Part shown: piece by piece, positions 1 to 9,861 of the stretch
Layout: the number at the start of each line of letters is the position of its first letter
How positions within the stretch are numbered: position 1 is the first letter of the stretch
NCBI GenBank assembly: GCA_051294375.1
Contig: CM119263.1
Coordinates: 4,405,330-4,420,193 of the forward strand
Direction of reading: 5' to 3'
Length of the DNA stretch: 14,864 bases
Source of the DNA: Paraspadella gotoi
Lineage: Eukaryota > Animalia > Chaetognatha
Notes under the pieces: model-generated
Databases searched by the model: none
The model's input: only the letters and a program-made list of their open reading frames with translations
What the model was told of the DNA's origin: nothing
Translations under genes and position numbers: made by a program

Positions 1-305
1 TCTCTCTCTTACTTGATGTGTGACTCGAGGGAGTGCGACAAGGAAAAGGGTCGGTGATGTAAAAAAAAGAAAACTTACAAGTTTACAAGACAATTACTTC
101 GAAAGTTTTAAGCGATGAAAAAGAAAACTGGAACTTACCTATTAAATTAGTACATTCTGAAAGGTGAATAAAAAGTTTTGTCATTATCATAAATATATGT
201 AGATATGTAGAAAACTAAAATTCTTTCGGATCATAATGTTAATAAAAAACATGAAAAATTCTTTTGGCTTTTGTCACGATTCCTTGCCCCGGAAAAATCG
301 AAAAT

Positions 306-331
306 TCTCTCTCTCTCTCTCTCTCTCTCTC
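306..331. repeat. (CT)n microsatellite running into an assembly gap
   Basis: Direct reading. Confidence 0.9.
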
Positions 332-822
332 NNNNNNNNNNNNNNNNNNNNNNNNNNNNNNNNNNNNNNNNNNNNNNNNNNNNNNNNNNNNNNNNNNNNN
401 NNNNNNNNNNNNNNNNNNNNNNNNNNNNNNNNNNNNNNNNNNNNNNNNNNNNCCCCCTTTCTCCTCTTCCTCCTCCTCCTTCCTCCCTTTTACTCGCGGG
501 TTCCATTGTTGTCGAAGGAAAAGTCAACCTGAAGTTGACCTCGCGCGGCGTGTCTTTCGGTTCCAATGTTTTGAAAACTCCATTTATTCTTATGAATTCG
601 ACGCCGTCACATTATTTTAAGTTTTATTGCCTTTTTTAATAGATGGATTCCGAGCTGTGAGCCAAAAATGTGACGCTGTTATTGTGGAATCTTTTCAGAC
701 TCTCTTTCTCTCTCTCTCTCTCTCTTTTTCTCTTTCTCATTACTCGAAATTATGATATGTATTCTCGAAAATATTTCTTATAACTTATAAGAGTAGACAA
801 CGACGTCGAAGACGACTAGACT

Positions 823-846
823 GACATGACATGACATGACATGACT
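823..846. repeat. (GACAT)n pentamer microsatellite
   Basis: Direct reading. Confidence 0.85.
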
Positions 847-879
847 ACAATAACTTTCTTGGCTTTTTTCTAGCCCGTG

Positions 880-1125
880 CATTTAAAACACGCACTGCAT
901 CGGAATCGGTCTTTCGGATTTCCAGAAGGTGGCGCTAGAGCAGGCACTTAGATTTTAGGTTTTTTCCAGTCTTAACAAATGAGCAACCAACAATAGGCGA
1001 GTTATGAGCATTTTTAACGTAAGTGGGACAGACCGACGGACAGACATACCGACCGACCGAAAGACCGACCAACCGAAAAGTGACTTATAGAATTGCTCCG
1101 CGAGTACTCGCGGCGCAACTAAAAA
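880..1125 (-). mobile_element. DINE-1/Helentron-associated (HINE)-like non-autonomous element fragment; left boundary uncertain
   Basis: A (GACA/GACC/GACG)n tetramer tract at ~1027-1076 is followed by AAGTGACTTATAG, a 26-nt near-perfect palindrome TTGCTCCGCGAGT|ACTCGCGGCGCAA (1093-1118) and CTAAAAA. On the minus strand this is the T-run / stem-loop / GTCY-microsatellite layout of DINE-1-like elements. Confidence 0.6.
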
Positions 1126-2427
1126 CGATATGATGACGGAAAAATCGACGACGACGAACTACGACGACGCCAACCAACAACGCCAACCAACAACGCCAAA
1201 CAACAACGCCAACCAACAACGACGACGACGACGGGCGACATTTAATCGGAAGTATGAAAAAGTCCGTCTTGCGTCAGAAGATGCGTTTTCTCTCTCTTGT
1301 CTTAGCCGCTTTTCTAGTCCTCCCAGGGGAAGCAAAGCGATTTGGCCATTAAGGCAGACGAGAAGTCGGGGAAGAGAGAGTGAGAGAGAGGGGGNNNNNN
1401 NNNNNNNNNNNNNNNNNNNNNNNNNNNNNNNNNNNNNNNNNNNNNNNNNNNNNNNNNNNNNNNNNNNNNNNNNNNNNNNNNNNNNNNNNNNNNNNNNNNN
1501 NNNNNNNNNNNNNNNNNNNNNNNNNNNNNNNNNNNNNNNNNNNNNNNNNNNNNNNNNNNNNNNNNNNNNNNNNNNNNNNNNNNNNNNNNNNNNNNNNNNN
1601 NNNNNNNNNNNNNNNNNNNNNNNNNNNNNNNNNNNNNNNNNNNNNNNNNNNNNNNNNNNNNNNNNNNNNNNNNNNNNNNNNNNNNNNNNNNNNNNNNNNN
1701 NNNNNNNNNNNNNNNNNNNNNNNNNNNNNNNNNNNNNNNNNNNNNNNNNNNNNNNNNNNNNNNNNNNNNNNNNNNNNNNNNNNNNNNNNNNNNNNNNNNN
1801 NNNNNNNNNNNNNNNNNNNNNNNNNNNNNNNNNNNNNNNNNNNNNNNNNNNNNNNNNNNNNNNNNNNNNNNNNNNNNNNNNNNNNNNNNNNNNNNNNNNN
1901 NNNNNNNNNNNNNNNNNNNNNNNNNNNNNNNNNNNNNNNNNNNNNNNNNNNNNNNNNNNNNNNNNNNNNNNNNNNNNNAGGGCGGAGTTCGAAGTTGGGC
2001 GCATAAAAATTCAGAGAAATTCTCTGCCGTCCCTTCGTCTCACAATCTTCAGCAGCCTTGAAGAAAATAAAAAGATGAATAATGCGGTGGTATGCGTACA
2101 GTTCGGACTGCTATCCGTACGCAGCGGTTAACGAGAGTTAACCCAAACGCTGGCAACCTTTCATAATTCATATACTTTCATGTTATTTGGCGTCAGAGTC
2201 GGCGGGATTTCAGAGCCGCGCTGTAGCGGTTGCTGTCGCTGTTGCTGCTGCTGTCGGTGATGCTTTCGCATAAAAACTTTTGCATTTTAGTTTTTATTGA
2301 AATATTTTATTAAAGATATTTATCTTATATTTAATATTATTAGAAATTCAATGTGATTAATGAATCATAGATGGATGATAACTACAGGAATACGATAACA
2401 CTTTCTATCTTTCTTTTACGTCCCCCG

Positions 2428-2752
2428 CTCTCTTTCTTTGTACCTATCTGTTTCTTTTTTCTTATCTCTCACTCTCTCCCTCTCTCTTTCTCTCTCTCCA
2501 TCATCCTTCTCTCTCTCTCTCTCTCTCTNNNNNNNNNNNNNNNNNNNNNNNNNNNNNNNNNNNNNNNNNNNNNNNNNNNNNNNNNNNNNNNNNNNNNNNN
2601 NNNNNNNNNNNNNNNNNNNNNNNNNNNNNNNNNNNNNNNNNNNNNNNNNNNNNNNNNNNNNNNNNNNNNNNNNNNNNNNNNNNNNNNNNNNNNNNACGAC
2701 GACGACGACGACGACGACCACGACGACGACGGTGACGACGACGAAGAAGAAG
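2428..2752. repeat. CT-rich tract, N gap, then (GAC)n trinucleotide tract
   Basis: Direct reading; the gap at 2529-2695 is flanked by both repeats. Confidence 0.85.
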
Positions 2753-3423
2753 ATGTCCAAGATTCCAAGAAACAGATTTGGATTCAATCGTGCAAAGGAC
2801 AGGAGAAGGGACCGTCAAAGGAATCGAGCAAAAGAGGGAGAGCAAAAGGGTAGAAAGGCGGAGGGATTACTAGCAGAAAGGAGGGCAAAGGAGTCTGTCA
2901 GAGGGAATTGCAATGGGAGGGAGATAATGAGAGTCATGTAAACACAAGGAGATGAGCAGAAGTGGGGCCACCAGAGAATTGCGATTGCAATTGCCATTGC
3001 AGAGACATGACTAACGGGGCCGATGTGTTGACAAAGAAATGGAAGTGTTCAATAGAGTTGACTCGAGAGTAGCAGCTGTGGCCACAATCGGCCTCAGGGC
3101 AGCTTTGGCTCCTTGGAAGATGGTGCCTTGGTCTCCTTGGTCTCCTTGGCCTCCTTTTGAAAATTGAAGGTTGGTCATAAGAGAGATGTGAAAATAATAA
3201 GATTCATAAAATAAAAATTTATCATATCTAGATCATTAAAGTAAAAACCCATAACAATACTGTGGTAAATTATTTTTTTAATTTTATACATTACTGGGCC
3301 CCATTGAGCTATATATATATATATTATAATTTAGAAGTACACAATTGGCTAAAATTTTAAAATAGGAATTTTTGAATTTTAATTTTAATTCTGATTTATT
3401 TTTGAAAATTTTTTTATTAAATT

Positions 3424-3621
3424 GATGACGACGACAATGAAGATGATGACACGACAACGACGATGGCAAAAACGATGACGACGACGATGACGACGATGAT
3501 GAAGACGCCTCCGTTGTCTCGTTCTTTCTCGATCATATTTCGTTTGTTTATGTAAGATTATGTCGACGTCTTAGTCGTTGTCGTCGTCGTTATCGTCGTT
3601 GTCGTTGTCGTCGTCGTCTTC
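3424..3621. repeat. Degenerate (GAC/GAT)n tract followed by the opposite-sense (GTC/GTT)n tract
   Basis: 3424-3506 is GAC/GAT-rich and 3574-3621 is GTC-rich. Confidence 0.8.
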
Positions 3622-4209
3622 GCTGATTGAGTTACAGTCGCTTCAGTTTCACAAACAGGAATCGAATTAAATTATTAAAATTCAAGTTTCTTTTGCTTTA
3701 CGTCTTTAATTTTGCTTTTATTTTTCATTAGGCAGCCTTTCACTCTTTCTTTTTTTTTTTTTTTTTGTAATTTTTTTTTCGCTTCTGCTTTCCCTCTTTC
3801 TCGCGGCTATTTGCTCTTTAAGTTGTTAACACCTGAGCTGAAGAAAATATCGGCATCCTCCCGGTATTTTGGCGGGCAGGGAGCGCCGGGGGGGGCTTCG
3901 TTTTTGGGGGGCATGGCATGGCAAACTTATCTTAGTTTTATAGGGGAAAGAATGGCATATCTATCTCTTCGTTGATTTTTTTTGGGGGGGAGGTGCATGG
4001 CATTCCTTCTCTGCGTTGTCTTTTTTGGCGGCACGGGGGGGCTTTTTTCCGCTTCCCAGTTTCTTTCGGCATCCATCTTTTTTTTCCGCTGACTACGTTT
4101 CTGTTTACGTCGAAGACTTTATGGAGAGAACGCCGCTTTTTCTTCGCTCGACGCCGTAAATCACATTCGGCGGCGTCGAGCGGCGTCGAGCGGCGCTGTC
4201 GTGGCAGAG

Positions 4210-4350
4210 GACGAGGATGATGATGACGACAATGATGACGACGACGATTATGATGACGATGACGACACTTTTTTTACGACAAAGATGACAACAAAGAAAA
4301 CGACAAAGAAGACGACAAAGACGACGAAAAAGATGACATCGATGACGTCG
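4210..4350. repeat. Degenerate (GAC/GAT)n low-complexity tract
   Basis: Direct reading. Confidence 0.75.
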
Positions 4351-4406
4351 GCGGCGATAAAGCTTTTATAGTTTATTCTGACAATGAAGACGGCATTATC
4401 GTCAGT

Positions 4407-4565
4407 GTCGGCATTGGCGTCGTTGACTGCTGTCTGCGTCGGCATTAGCGTGATTGACTGCTGTCTGCGTCGGCATTGGTGTGGTCTACTGCTGTCTGCG
4501 TCGGCATCGGCGTGGTCTACTGCCGTCTGTGTCGGCATTGGCTTCCTTGACTGCTGTCTGCGTCG
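4407..4565. repeat. Minisatellite, 5 x 31-bp unit (GTCGGCATTGGCGTnnTnnACTGCTGTCTGC)
   Basis: Units start at 4407, 4438, 4469, 4500 and 4531 with exact 31-bp periodicity; ends are conserved and the middle varies. Confidence 0.92.
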
Positions 4566-5244
4566 CAATAGTTTGGGCGTTATCGTCGGCGTCTGAACTA
4601 AAAGCTGATCGTTTCTTGACTTTTTGAGTTTTGAGAGACAAAGATGATCGGTTATATCTTTTAAAGAGACTGTGGGTCCCTGGGTCTGTATTTAAAGTCG
4701 AGCTAAAACGGGAAGTGAAAATGGGGTGAAAATGTGACAGAGAGCTTAGTTGAATGTGATAGGAGATAAGTGATAAGGAAAAAAGTCAACCATGCAATCT
4801 AAAAATGAAAAAAAAACGTATTAATGAAGGTCTAATTAAATGAAAAGTAATAATGAATGTCTAATTAAATGACATCCAGTTTGAATGTGACGATTAATGT
4901 TTTTTAAATGTTTTTTTTTTTTTTTTACGGTTTACGACCAGAATAAGATCCTCATTTCTCGTTGGTCGCTGTCGCTTACAATCCTTTCTCCTTCACTTTT
5001 CATGACGATAAAATATTCAGTATTCACATCACAAATCGAAACGACGCTTTGCATTTAGTCGTTCATTAGCTTGTTTTATTCGCTCCATTCATTCATTCAT
5101 TCGTTCATTTGCTTTATTCATTCGCCGCTTGGTCGATGGAAGGAAAAAAATAAATGTGGTTTTTATGATTTAAGGATTCGCATTTGAGAATTTGTTTTCT
5201 TTACTTTTTCTCCTGTTTCTTTTATTCTAATTGTTTTATTTTAT

Positions 5245-5460
5245 TTACTTCTTTTCTTCTCTTTTTTTTCTTTTCTTTTCTTTTCTTTTCTTTTTTTTCT
5301 TTTTTTTTCTTTTCTTTTCTTTTCTTTTCTTTTCTTTTTTTTTCTTTTCACTACTTTTTTTTCTTTTTTCTTCTCTTCTCATCTCTTCTCTTCCTTCCTT
5401 TTTTTCTATTCTCTTCTCTTGTCTTTTCTTATCTTTCACACTGTCATCTTCTCTTTTTGT
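5245..5460. repeat. Polypyrimidine (CTTTT)n low-complexity tract
   Basis: Direct reading. Confidence 0.88.
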
Positions 5461-5598
5461 CTTCACATCGATTCACATTCTTTCTCTTAACTTATCCTGT
5501 GACAGAATGGCCACATCTGAAAGAAAGAAAAAAAAATTATTTCTTTTTTTATGCTTTTGTCCCATTGAATCTGAATGGAAAATAAATGATCAAACCAT

Positions 5599-5609
5599 TA
5601 GAAAGAGAA

Positions 5610-5666
<57 letters not shown>
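5599..5666. repeat. (GA)n microsatellite
   Basis: Direct reading. Confidence 0.93.
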
Positions 5667-5668
<2 letters not shown>

Positions 5669-5786
5669 ATAAAATTCAAAGAGTCCGCGATGCCTGGGCG
5701 AGCCTCGTCTTTCCATGAGGGACTTCCTTCCTTCCAAATAAGAAATGGTTAAGATAAGAGATTTTGACTTGTTTGGTCATTTATCC

Positions 5787-5830
5787 CGGCGGCGGCGGCG
5801 GCGGCGGCAGCGGCGGGGGCGGCGGCGGCG
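5787..5830. repeat. (CGG)n trinucleotide repeat
   Basis: Direct reading. Confidence 0.88.
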
Positions 5831-5910
5831 ACGCCCATGGCGTACCGGCGGCCGCAGCGGCATAAAAATTATCCCCGCTTTTCCCACGCGCGTTTTTTCT
5901 CCTGTGAAGA

Positions 5911-6208
5911 CGTCTTGGTCGTCGTCGTCGTCGTCGTCTTGGTCGTCATCCTTTTCGTCTTCACCATCGTCGTCGTTTTCATTGTCGTCTTTGTCATCAA
6001 GGTCGAGTTCGTCATGTACATGATCTTGGTTTTCCTCATCATTATCGTCGTCGTCGTTATCTGCATCATCATCGTCATCATCCTTATGATTGTCTTTGTC
6101 TTCGTCGTCTTCGTTGTCATCGACCGAGTTATCGTCATCGTCGTAGTCGTCGTTGTCTTTGTCGTCGTCATCATCATCGTCATCGTCCTCTTCGTCGTCG
6201 TCGTCGTT
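5911..6208. repeat. Long degenerate (GTC/ATC)n trinucleotide tract
   Basis: Direct reading; the source of spurious poly-V, poly-S, poly-D and poly-T ORFs. Confidence 0.88.
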
Positions 6209-6417
6209 TTCAGAATAGATGGCGTCTTTCTCATTGTTTTCAGACAAATTGCGCCCGAGGGAGAAATTGCGAAGATTTCCGAGAAATCCCGAGAAGCGAG
6301 TCTTCCTCTCTGGGCCGGGAAGGTGAGTGGTTCTGGTGAGGCTTAACTCTCCTCAAAATTTCAAGGATCGTACCAGTCCTTACCTTTTTATGGACGCTTT
6401 ACGATGATTTGGGATTT

Positions 6418-6497
6418 TTAATGAATACGAATCTTAATCTTAATCTTAATCTTAATCTTAACGAATCTTAATCTTAATCTTAATGAATACGAATCTT
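6418..6497. repeat. (AATCTT)n hexamer repeat with TAATGAATACGAATCTT variants
   Basis: Directly visible tandem AATCTT units. Confidence 0.88.
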
Positions 6498-7870
6498 CAT
6501 TCTCTTTATACGTCAGCGAAAAGATTATAATTATCAATTAGCATGATTCATTTTTGTTGATGGTTCGCTGTACTGAGATACCTCATCGTCCAAAAAGTGC
6601 TCTCCGAAGGGCAAAAGAAGGGACATCCCCAGAGTGCAGTCTACTCCACTGGGTAGCGAGATTATAGTCACAAAGTTAAACTCCCCGGAAGGCGACCCTC
6701 TGCACCGATTGCTAATCCCTTGGCGTAAGAAAAAGCAAGCCCCTGGGGGTAACCGTTTACCCTATGGGCAAATTCATTTGGCTCCCCAAGGGTTCAAAGA
6801 ATAATATGCAAAGCGAGTTTTTTTCCAAATTTTTTTGGCAAACATCTCTGTGCCTGCATCAATCGTANNNNNNNNNNNNNNNNNNNNNNNNNNNNNNNNN
6901 NNNNNNNNNNNNNNNNNNNNNNNNNNNNNNNNNNNNNNNNNNNNNNNNNNNNNNNNNNNNNNNNNNNNNNNNNNNNNNNNNNNNNNNNNNNNNNNNNNNN
7001 NNNNNNNNNNNNNNNNNNNNNNNNNNNNNNNNNNNNNNNNNNNNNNNNNNNNNNNNNNNNNNNNNNNNNNNNNNNNNNNNNNNNNNNNNNNNNNNNNNNN
7101 NNNNNNNNNNNNNNNNNNNNNNNNNNNNNNNNNNNNNNNNNNNNNNNNNNNNNNNNNNNNNNNNNNNNNNNNNNNNNNNNNNNNNNNNNNNNNNNNNNNN
7201 NNNNNNNNNNNNNNNNNNNNNNNNNNNNNNNNNNNNNNNNNNNNNNNNNNNNNNNNNNNNNNNNNNNNNNNNNNNNNNNNNNNNNNNNNNNNNNNNNNNN
7301 NNNNNNNNNNNNNNNNNNNNNNNNNNNNNNNNNNNNNNNNNNNNNNNNNNNNNNNNNNNNNNNNNNNNNNNNNNNNNNNNNNNNNNNNNNNNNNNNNNNN
7401 NNNNNNNNNNNNNNNNNNNNNNNNNNNNNNNNNNNNNNNNNNNNNNNNNNNNNNNNNNNNNNAGTTACCAAGACCACCTCTTATCACAGAAATTGTAGTC
7501 AAGCATTGCAGCAAATTTACTCCCTAACTAATCAAATACCCCTAAACCAATTAACCACTCACCCTTCCCTTCTCTAAGTCAAAAAAACGTAAACGAGATT
7601 CAGTCGAATTCATCAAAATTTTTCCTCCGAACATCAAACGTGTCCCTTAATATCACAGTCGCCACTAACCACAACCAATAACCACTACCACACTGAACCA
7701 CAAACCATATCTTTTTTAAGTCCGTACGTTATATTCCAACATTGATCTATATGTAGAAGACAATGACGTTATTTAGTCTCACGATTTTTCATCGCAATTT
7801 CCCCCTTTTTCCTTCAAACTAACACGTCCGTTTCCTCACACACAACCACCTCCCCACACAATAACGACCG

Positions 7871-7898
7871 GCCACGCCCACTTCCGAAGTCATGTGAC
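7871..7898. promoter_or_regulatory. Compact motif cluster: GCCACGCCCAC (SP/KLF), CACTTCCG (ETS), GTCATGTGAC (E-box/M-box/CLEAR-like); candidate promoter
   Basis: Three consensus-like motifs within 28 bp, at the start of a CpG-rich stretch ~2.4 kb upstream of the FUT8 ATG. Function is inferred. Confidence 0.4.
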
Positions 7899-8011
7899 CA
7901 ACTCCACGATTCGGACTGTTTACGCGAGGATGCGTCTCCGAGTCTTCGGACTTCGTGTTTTGGGTGATACTCCCTCAGAACCCATAACTCTTTCCGGAAC
8001 TTTCTACTTCA

Positions 8012-8091
8012 TCTCTCTCTTTCTCTCTCTCTCTCTCTTCTCTTCTTCTCTCTCTCTCTCTCTTCTCTCCTCTCTCTCTCTCTCTCTCTCT
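8012..8091. repeat. (CT)n microsatellite
   Basis: Direct reading. Confidence 0.88.
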
Positions 8092-8273
8092 GCCATCTAT
8101 CTCAACGCGCAATCGGTCTCTCGGTCCCTCGCGAGAAAAAAGAGAGTATTTTTCTGTGTACAAGAGGTGAGAGTGAGTTTCTTTTTTTCCTGTCCAACAA
8201 TGGGGGTAAGGTCGTGTCATGTTTATGCCGAGTCAGAAACTCGGAACTCACTCTCTCGGCCATCGCCGTTGTT

Positions 8274-8277
8274 GTCA

Positions 8278-8312
<35 letters not shown>
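8274..8312. repeat. (TCG)n microsatellite
   Basis: Direct reading. Confidence 0.9.
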
Positions 8313-8615
8313 CTTCGTCTGTTTTGAATCATTTCCTTTTTATTTTGTTTTTTTTATTCCCGCGCGGAAAGAAAAAAAGTTTTAAGCCGATTTTCGCGAT
8401 AATATTTTTGAGAATACTGACCATTAATAAAATTTGATATTGTTTTCTTAGGAGATTAAACTACAATGTGCAACGTAGCAGAACTGTTATTTGATGCTGG
8501 TTCATTTAAAAGTCAAAACAAAAAAACAATCTTTTTTTTCTGACGAGCAGAGATTCGGGAAATTGTTTTTTCTCGCGTTAGTCTTTTGTTTAAAGTCGAC
8601 CAGATGGCTCATTTC

Positions 8616-8626
8616 CTCTCTCTCCT

Positions 8627-8711
<85 letters not shown>
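8616..8711. repeat. (CT)n microsatellite
   Basis: Direct reading. Confidence 0.93.
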
Positions 8712-8715
<4 letters not shown>

Positions 8716-9800
8716 AGCGTAAGTCGTGATCGAAGAGAAGCTGTGAGTCAGGAAGGTCGCGCGCGCTTTTTTGAATTCAATCCCGCGCGAGAAGAAAAAA
8801 AAGCGCAACGTCCCCCTGGCGTTGTTTCGGGGAAACGAAGCGACCAAGAGGGCAGGAAGAGGAAGGAAAGTTGGCAAAAGTAGAGGCAAAGAGGAGAAAG
8901 ATAGTTAATAGAGGAAAGAGAAAAAAAGAGAAGAAAGAGGGGAAATAACAGAAAGAGAAGAAAGATAAGAAATACGACTCATCTAATTTCAGTTAAAGTA
9001 ATCCCGTTTTTAAAAGACACTTTGGTTTTGGTCGGTTAGTCTGTTTACCTCATTTACGTTTTAAATTCCTATATTTTCGCATCATTTTAGTTAAAACTTA
9101 GACATTGTATTTAGACTTTCTCTTTTGTTGTTATTGTAAAGTTTGATAGGAGATTAACGAAAAATTCGTTTTTTTAACAAAAATTAGTTTTTATTTTTAT
9201 TTTTTGTTTTGTTTATCTCCTATAAAAGTTAAAACTTAATGGAATGATGATGTACTCTGTACAATTAGATGCCTCACTTGCAGAGGTTTCATACTTGTAT
9301 AACAGCATGAGCATATAGAAATGCGGGGGCTTAACAACAATTGTATGTTTAACATATGTAGAGTTGTACACTCTTTTCTTTTTTCTCATATTCAGAAGCT
9401 TTAATTTTTTTCTTTTTGGAGTAAAACGTTTCAAGAGTTCGTTTCGTTGAAAAAATTGATCTTTCTCCCAAGTCAGAATAAAATTAACTTTTTCAAATAT
9501 AATTTAGCAAACGCGTAATACCTTATTGGTTGATTTACAAATAGAGAGATAGATATATATATAGATATATTTCAAATTTCTAAATTAAAAACTTTATTTT
9601 ACGAAACGTATATCACTCCAGATTAAAGTATCTAACATTATTGGTTTCCTTCCACGCGTGAATGCTCAAGAAAAGGATCGGAGTTCTTATCTGACTCTTC
9701 TGTAGACCGAAATGAATCGTGTGCTTCTCTTCTTCATGTTGTCTGATCTTTAAAAACCGGTTTCCAACGAGTCTCTAAATTCGTGTTTAGGTAAATAGGG

Positions 9801-9861
9801 TTCATTTTATTTTTCGTGTTCGTATTTTCTTCATTTTATTTTTCGTGTTCGTATTTTCTTC
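9801..9861. repeat. Perfect 2 x 29-bp tandem duplication
   Basis: TTCATTTTATTTTTCGTGTTCGTATTTTC at 9801-9829 and 9830-9858. Confidence 0.9.

Noticed and set aside
231-2941. Long ORFs spanning X runs (e.g. 1130-2131, 2371-2853)
   Set aside because: They are open only because N gaps and CT/GAC repeats lack stop codons, and contain no recognisable domains.
3010-3160. Minus-strand GGQGDQGDQG collagen-like or EAKETKETK terminal-exon-like reading
   Set aside because: Generated by a 9-bp tandem repeat (CCTTGGTCT); too short, with no partner exons.
3927-4076. 49-aa minus-strand ORF MDAERNWEAEKSPPVPPKK... with a PxxP-like motif
   Set aside because: It is short, the Pro/Lys content comes from C-run and A-run homopolymers, and there is no supporting splice structure or homology.
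4407-4565. CRISPR-like appearance (conserved ends with variable middles)
   Set aside because: The variable parts are only ~11 nt and related to each other, the context is eukaryotic and there are no cas genes. It is a minisatellite.
4822-4872. 22-bp direct repeat TAATGAA(G/T)GTCTAATTAAATGA as a target-site duplication
   Set aside because: The copies are only 7 bp apart with nothing inserted between them; a simple degenerate tandem duplication.
5184-6346. Phe-rich, poly-Val, poly-Asp, poly-Thr and poly-Arg ORFs resembling membrane or acidic proteins
   Set aside because: These are translations of (CTTTT)n, (GA)n, (CGG)n and (GTC)n repeats, which are open in several frames at once.
6764-7527. 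Four ORFs of ~230-245 aa
   Set aside because: Almost entirely the 6868-7462 N gap.
8540-8565. CTGACGA...GAAA hammerhead-like core
   Set aside because: No convincing stem II or flanking stems I and III.
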